From Acidothermus cellulolyticus 11B (lineage in GTDB: Bacteria; Actinomycetota; Actinomycetes; Acidothermales; Acidothermaceae): DNA of 32,000 nt. A program made the translations under genes and the position numbers. Location of the stretch: contig NC_008578.1 of the NCBI RefSeq assembly GCF_000015025.1, positions 1,320,001 through 1,352,000 of the forward strand. The letters run 5' to 3'. Of this stretch, positions 31,897-32,000 are shown one piece after another. The notes beneath the pieces are model-generated. The model was not told the origin of the DNA, did no database searches, and saw nothing but the letters and a program-made list of their open reading frames with translations. Numbering within the stretch: position 1 is the stretch's first letter; every line of letters begins with the position of its first letter.

Positions 31897-32000
31897 CAGG
31901 ACGACGTACCGCGGCTCTTGCGCAGTTCGGCGAGGCGCTCCTGCAGCAGAGCCTCCAGCTCGGGGATGCTGCGCCGTTCCCGGAGCATGTCCCAGTGGCT
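31896..32000 (-). CDS. rbpA: RNA polymerase-binding protein RbpA, C-terminal 34 codons (the gene continues beyond the window)
   Basis: The minus-strand translation is SHWDMLRERRSIPELEALLQERLAELRKSRGTSS*. It matches the recalled C-terminus of M. tuberculosis RbpA (...RTHWDMLLERRSIEELEELLKERLELIRSRRRG). It is too short to appear in the ORF track. Confidence 0.8.
   Translation of the reverse strand, partial: SHWDMLRERRSIPELEALLQERLAELRKSRGTSS

Overview
High-GC (roughly 70%) actinobacterial chromosome segment, all protein-coding. I found no rRNA, tRNA, CRISPR array, transposase or integrase. The backbone is the Pup-proteasome / PafBC / Tat neighbourhood: dop (5'-truncated), pup, prcB, prcA, a small ORF, pafA, then pafB, pafC, a Zn-ribbon ORF, a micro-TM ORF, tatA, tatC and helY. 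After that come a 5'-3' exonuclease, an acyl-CoA dehydrogenase, a secreted CAP-domain protein, lnt, ppm1 and the 3' end of rbpA. The most interesting point is that the normally contiguous pafA-pafBC unit is interrupted by about 14.3 kb (4697-18977). This block encodes an EPSP-synthase-like::CoA-ligase fusion, an acyl-CoA dehydrogenase, a FabL/ChcA-type SDR, a FadH-type 2,4-dienoyl-CoA reductase and a stand-alone KAS I/II. Those are the five catalytic types of the Streptomyces shikimate-to-cyclohexanecarboxyl-CoA cassette, but no PKS is present here. The enzyme set is itself split by a divergent module: an APC permease fused to USP-like and OB-fold domains, next to an orphan KdpD-like/KdpE-like two-component pair. 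Secondary observations: GC-rich short tandem repeat arrays sit at or near stop codons; tatA and the FadH-like gene carry in-frame slippage duplications; several genes show leaderless-type promoter geometry; and lnt has a long, structured 5' leader. All functional calls rest on motif recognition by eye. No database search was run.
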